The notes below the pieces were generated by a model. It was not told where the DNA came from. It ran no database searches and was given only the letters and a program-made list of their open reading frames with translations. Shown one piece after another: positions 58,439-62,823 of a stretch of DNA of 62,823 nucleotides. The DNA comes from an uncultured Pirellulales bacterium (lineage in GTDB: Bacteria > Planctomycetota > Planctomycetia > Pirellulales > S012-138). The stretch is taken from assembly GCA_964511065.1 (NCBI GenBank), contig CAZEEG010000006.1, positions 578-63,400 of the forward strand, in the 5' to 3' direction. Position numbers and translations under genes: made by a program. Every line of letters begins with the position of its first letter. Position 1 is the stretch's first letter.

Positions 58439-61108
58439 TCACGAAACCTCCGCGGTTTCTGCGGCCGGTAGTACCTGGAACACCATCTCGCCATCGGCTG
58501 CGTCCACGCGAATGGTGCTGCCCGGCTCGATCTTGCCCTTGAGCAGTTCGATGGCCAGCGGGTTTTCCAGCCGCTGCTGGATCACGCGCTTCAGCGGCCG
58601 CGCACCGTAGGTCGGGTCGTAACCTTCCTCGGCCAGGGCGTCGAGCGCCTCGCTGGTGACCTCCAGCTTGAGTTCCTGGTCCTCCAACCGTTTGCGGAGC
58701 CGGTTGATCTGCAGATCGGTGATCTTGCGAATCTGATCGCGCTCGAGCGGGTGGAAGATGATCGTTTCGTCGATCCGGTTCAGGAACTCCGGCAGGAAGT
58801 GTGCTTGCAGCGCGGCTTGGACAGCCTCGCGGATGGATTCGTGGCTGCCGCCTTCCCGGGTGATTTCCTGGATGGCCTGGCTGCCGATGTTGGACGTCAT
58901 CACCACGATGGTATTGGTGAAGTCCACCGTGTGGCCTTGGTTGTCGGTCAGGCGGCCGTCGTCGAGCACCTGGAGCAGGATGTTAAAGACATCGCGATGC
59001 GCTTTCTCCATCTCGTCCAGCAGCACCACGCAGTAGGGCCGGCGACGGACCGCCTCGGTCAGCCGCCCACCTTCCTCGTAGCCGATGTAGCCTGGAGGCG
59101 CGCCGATCAACCGGCTGACGGTGTGCTTCTCCATGAATTCGCTCATGTCGAGCCGCACCATCGCGTTTTCGTCGTCGAACAGCGCCTCGGCCAGGGCTTT
59201 GCACAACTCGGTCTTGCCCACCCCGGTGGGGCCCAGGAACAGGAAAGAGCCGATCGGGCGGTTGGGGTCTTGCAGGCCGCTGCGACTGCGGCGAACGGCG
59301 TTCGAGACGGCTTCCACCGCTTCTTCCTGCCCCACCACTCGCAAGTGCAGCCGGTCTTCCATCACCAGCAGCTTGTTACGCTCGGTTTCGAGCATCCGCG
59401 TGACGGGGATGCCCGTCCAGGCACTGACGACCTCGGCGATTTCATCGGGGCCCACTTCGCGGCGGAGCAGTCGCCGCCGCGGCGCGCCGTCTTTCTCGGC
59501 GCCTTCCTGCTGGGTGGCCGCTTCGATCTGCGCAGTCAACTGGTCGCGCTCGCGCTGGAGTTCGTACAGCCGCTGGTATTCTTCCTCGGCGACCAGTTCG
59601 CCTGTGTCCTGCTTCTGCTTGATCGTGGTTTGCAACTGCTTGAACTGGAGTTCAACCTCGGCCAGCCGGGCGTGCATCTGCTGCACGTCGCCCAGGCCCA
59701 TTTTCTCCGACTCCCACTGCTCGCGAAGGTTCGCCAGTTCGAACCTCAGCGTTTTCATCTCCTCTTCAATTTCTTGGAGTCGCTGCCGAGCGTGTTCCTC
59801 GGTTTCCTCTTCCAGTTGCCGATGCGCCAACTCCAGTTGCACCAGTCGCCGCTGGACCTCGTCGATTTCGGCCGGGACACTTTCCAGTTCCATGGCCAGC
59901 CGGCTGGCGGCTTCGTCGACCAGGTCGATGGCCTTGTCGGGCAGGAAACGATCGGTGATGTAGCGCTGCGAAAGCTGCGCGGCCGCGACCAGGGCCGAAT
60001 CCTTGATCTTAACGCCCTTGTGGTGTGCCTCGTAACGGCTCTTGAGGCCCCGCAGAATCGCGATCGTGTCTTCGACGCTCGGCTCGCTGATGTACACCGG
60101 CTGGAACCGCCGCTCCAGCGCGGCGTCCTTTTCGATGTATTCGCGATATTCGTCCAGCGTGGTGGCACCGATGCAGCGCAGTTCGCCTCGGGCCAGCGCC
60201 GGCTTGAGCAGGTTGGCCGCGTCGGCACCGCCTTCGGCCCGGCCGGCGCCGACCACCGTATGCAATTCGTCGATGAACAGAACCACGCCGCCGGCGGCAT
60301 CCTGCACTTCGCGCAGCACGGCCTTCAGGCGATCCTCGAACTCACCGCGATACTTGGCTCCGGCGACCAGCGCCCCCATGTCCAGGGCAATCACGCGCTT
60401 GTTCTGGAGGCTGCTGGGCACGTCGCCATCGACGATCCGCAGCGCCAGCCCTTCGGCAATGGCCGTCTTGCCGACGCCCGGCTCGCCAATCAGCACGGGG
60501 TTGTTCTTGGTGCGGCGCGAAAGTACCTGAATCACGCGGCGGATTTCGCTATCGCGGCCGATCACCGGATCGAGCTTGCCGCGCTTCGCCTGTTCCACCA
60601 GGTCAATGCCGTACTTTTCCAGTGCCTGGAACTTGTCTTCCGGCGATTGGTCGGTGACGCGGGCGCTCCCGCGGACGCTCTTGAGCGCTTGGATGATCTC
60701 CTGCTCGCCCACCGCGTTGAGCTTCAGCACGTCCTGGGCCTTGGACTTGACCTTGACCAGCGCCAGCAGCAGATGCTCGGTGGAAATGAACTCGTCTTTG
60801 AAGGTTTCAGCCTCGCGGGCTGCACCTTCCAGAACCTGCATCAGTGCGGACGAAGGCTGCGGCGGGCCGCTGGCTCCGCTGACCTTGGGCAACTGCCTGA
60901 GATCGGCATCGACAATGTCGGCCAAGCGAGCCCGATTGGCACCGATCTTCTCCAAAACGGCCCCTACGATGCCTTCACGCTCGGCCAAGAGGCCGGCCAG
61001 CAGGTGCAACGGTTCCAGTTGCGGACTCTGCTTTTCCTGCGCCAATTCTTGTGCCCGCTGCAAGGCTTCCTGGGCTTTGAGCGTCAGTTTATCCAGGCGG
61101 AATGCCAT
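58439..61108 (-). CDS. clpB: ATP-dependent chaperone ClpB
   Basis: Two AAA+ modules ([16 protein letters not shown]), coiled-coil M domain, [15 protein letters not shown]. Confidence 0.97.
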   Translation of the reverse strand: MAFRLDKLTLKAQEALQRAQELAQEKQSPQLEPLHLLAGLLAEREGIVGAVLEKIGANRARLADIVDADLRQLPKVSGASGPPQPSSALMQVLEGAAREAETFKDEFISTEHLLLALVKVKSKAQDVLKLNAVGEQEIIQALKSVRGSARVTDQSPEDKFQALEKYGIDLVEQAKRGKLDPVIGRDSEIRRVIQVLSRRTKNNPVLIGEPGVGKTAIAEGLALRIVDGDVPSSLQNKRVIALDMGALVAGAKYRGEFEDRLKAVLREVQDAAGGVVLFIDELHTVVGAGRAEGGADAANLLKPALARGELRCIGATTLDEYREYIEKDAALERRFQPVYISEPSVEDTIAILRGLKSRYEAHHKGVKIKDSALVAAAQLSQRYITDRFLPDKAIDLVDEAASRLAMELESVPAEIDEVQRRLVQLELAHRQLEEETEEHARQRLQEIEEEMKTLRFELANLREQWESEKMGLGDVQQMHARLAEVELQFKQLQTTIKQKQDTGELVAEEEYQRLYELQRERDQLTAQIEAATQQEGAEKDGAPRRRLLRREVGPDEIAEVVSAWTGIPVTRMLETERNKLLVMEDRLHLRVVGQEEAVEAVSNAVRRSRSGLQDPNRPIGSFLFLGPTGVGKTELCKALAEALFDDENAMVRLDMSEFMEKHTVSRLIGAPPGYIGYEEGGRLTEAVRRRPYCVVLLDEMEKAHRDVFNILLQVLDDGRLTDNQGHTVDFTNTIVVMTSNIGSQAIQEITREGGSHESIREAVQAALQAHFLPEFLNRIDETIIFHPLERDQIRKITDLQINRLRKRLEDQELKLEVTSEALDALAEEGYDPTYGARPLKRVIQQRLENPLAIELLKGKIEPGSTIRVDAADGEMVFQVLPAAETAEVS

Positions 61109-61602
61109 CGCTCTGATTAACTCCTGTCATGTGGCCGAACGGCCATTAGGTCGTTGAGATGGGAAGTCCTCCCCTCCATTGGGTCGCCGCGGGAACCCGC
61201 CGCTTACCAGCCGCTGTACCAAATGCGATGCCGACTTGGAGCGAGCGGGAAGTTGACTCCTGGCCCGCTTCAGCGATCGGCACTTCGCTGGCCAATCACG
61301 GTCTCTGGCGCTTGGCGGACACCGCCTTTGCGGCTAGTGAGGGATGATCTGGTTTGGGTGCGTCTATGGCGGCCTACCGCGGTTGTGCCAAACAAGGAAA
61401 TGTCGGATCAGCCGCCGGTTGCCCTGAGCGCCCCCCTGCCCAGCACGGCTGGCCAGGCAGGGAGGACGAGGGCAAGGACTATGGCAACGGCTCGCAAGTG
61501 GGCGAGGTGCCAAAGGCAACGGGCGGTGAGGGAAAGCTGCCATGCGTCGTTCCCGTAACCGCTCGCTGTTCAGGTCGCCCCCGCGCTGCCACTTGGACCG
61601 AA

Positions 61603-62823
61603 TTACTCCTTCTTTTCAAATTCGGCGTCGATCACATCTTCGTCGCCGGCACCGTCGGTGGCCTCGGGCCCAGCCGCGCCGGCCTCTGCACCAGTCCCGC
61701 TGTACAGGGTGCTGGAGAGGGCGTGTGCCGCCTGTTCCAACTCCTGGATGGCCGACCGGATGCGATCGGTATCTTCGCCGGCGGCCGCTTCGCGGACCCG
61801 CTTCATGGAAGCCTGCAACGCCTCCTTGTCGGCGTCCTTCAGCTTCGACTCATGCTCCTTGAGCAGTTTCTCGACTGCGAAGCAGCGGGCTTCCGCCTCG
61901 TTGCGGGCTTCGGCCAGGGCACGCTTCTGCTTGTCCTCTTCGGCGTGCTCCTCGGCATCCTTTCGCATCCGCTCGATTTCCTCGGGCGTGAGGCCGCCGG
62001 ACTGCTCGATCCTCACCGACTGTTCCTTGCCGGTGCCCAGGTCCTTGGCCGACACGTTCAGGATCCCATTGGCGTCGATGTCGAATTTGACCTCGATCTG
62101 GGGAACGCCCCGAGGCGCCGGCGGCAGGCCTTCCAGGTTGAACTGGCCCAGCAATCGGTTGTCCTTGGCCATCTTCCGTTCGCCCTGGTAGACGCTGATG
62201 GTGACCGCGGGCTGGTTATCGGCCGCGGTGGTGAACACGTTCTTCCGCTCGGTGGGAATCGTGGTGTTGCGTTCCACCAGCGGCGTGAAGATACCGCCTT
62301 CGGTTTCGATACCCAGCGTGAGCGGCGTGACGTCCAGCAGCAGAACGTCCTGCACGTCGCCCGCCAGCACGCCGCCCTGAATGGCCGCGCCGACCGCAAC
62401 CACTTCGTCGGGATTCACGCCCTTGTGCGGTTCCTTCTTGAAAATCTCGCGGACCAGTTCCTGGACCTTGGGCACGCGGGTCGAACCGCCGACCAGCACG
62501 ACTTCGTTGATCTTGGAAGGATCGAGCTTGGCGTCTTTCAAAGCCTGCATGACCGGACCGCGGCAGCGTTCGATCAGCGGATCGATCAACTGCTCGAACT
62601 TGCTGCGGGTGATCGTCATTTGCAGGTGCTTGGGCCCCGAGGCATCGGCCGTGATGAACGGCAGGTTGATGTCGGTGCTCGTGGCCGAACTCAGTTCCTT
62701 CTTGGCTTTTTCGCAGGCTTCCTGCAAACGCTGCAAGGCTTGCGTGTCCTTGCGAAGGTCGATGCCCGTTTCCTTCTGGAATTCGCCGGTCACGTAGTTG
62801 ATCAGCGCCTCGTCGAAGTCGTC
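61603..62823 (-). CDS. dnaK: Molecular chaperone DnaK (C-terminal part; 5' end beyond the window)
   Basis: [40 protein letters not shown]-terminal DVIDAEFE. Confidence 0.97.
   Translation of the reverse strand, partial: DDFDEALINYVTGEFQKETGIDLRKDTQALQRLQEACEKAKKELSSATSTDINLPFITADASGPKHLQMTITRSKFEQLIDPLIERCRGPVMQALKDAKLDPSKINEVVLVGGSTRVPKVQELVREIFKKEPHKGVNPDEVVAVGAAIQGGVLAGDVQDVLLLDVTPLTLGIETEGGIFTPLVERNTTIPTERKNVFTTAADNQPAVTISVYQGERKMAKDNRLLGQFNLEGLPPAPRGVPQIEVKFDIDANGILNVSAKDLGTGKEQSVRIEQSGGLTPEEIERMRKDAEEHAEEDKQKRALAEARNEAEARCFAVEKLLKEHESKLKDADKEALQASMKRVREAAAGEDTDRIRSAIQELEQAAHALSSTLYSGTGAEAGAAGPEATDGAGDEDVIDAEFEKKE

Noticed and set aside
58751-61120. 789 aa ORF antisense to clpB
   Set aside because: Shadow ORF expected from GC-rich codon bias; no motifs, fully overlaps a certain gene
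61109-61602. CIRCE element or small gene between dnaK and clpB
   Set aside because: No TTAGCACTC-N9-GAGTGCTAA found; the ORFs in the track there look spurious

Overview
A GC-rich chromosomal segment, most likely from a planctomycete of the Pirellulales type (DUF1549/DUF1553 cytochrome protein, FGE-domain protein, planctomycete-style FliO). Most of it is housekeeping: queF, trpE, gpmA, alaS, lysS, thrC, dapB, deoC, prpC-like citrate synthase, rpsT, clpB and a partial dnaK. It also holds an isolated flagellar export-gate block (fliO-fliP-fliQ-fliR-flhB), a split ArgZ/AgrE-like arginine-to-proline gene pair, an FHA-GAF class III nucleotide cyclase with non-adenylyl specificity residues, and a long coiled-coil protein with an amphipathic tail. 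The best candidate for an undescribed system is the ~12 kb envelope/LPS glycosylation locus at 44.6-56.9 kb. It encodes two GT-C/ArnT-like membrane transferases, GT9, GT4, a CE4-like deacetylase, a WaaE-like GT2, a GT2::CDP-alcohol phosphotransferase fusion and two small membrane proteins. I saw no rRNA, tRNA, CRISPR array, transposase or prophage. All calls come from reading motifs by eye; no database searches were run and several start codons are estimates.
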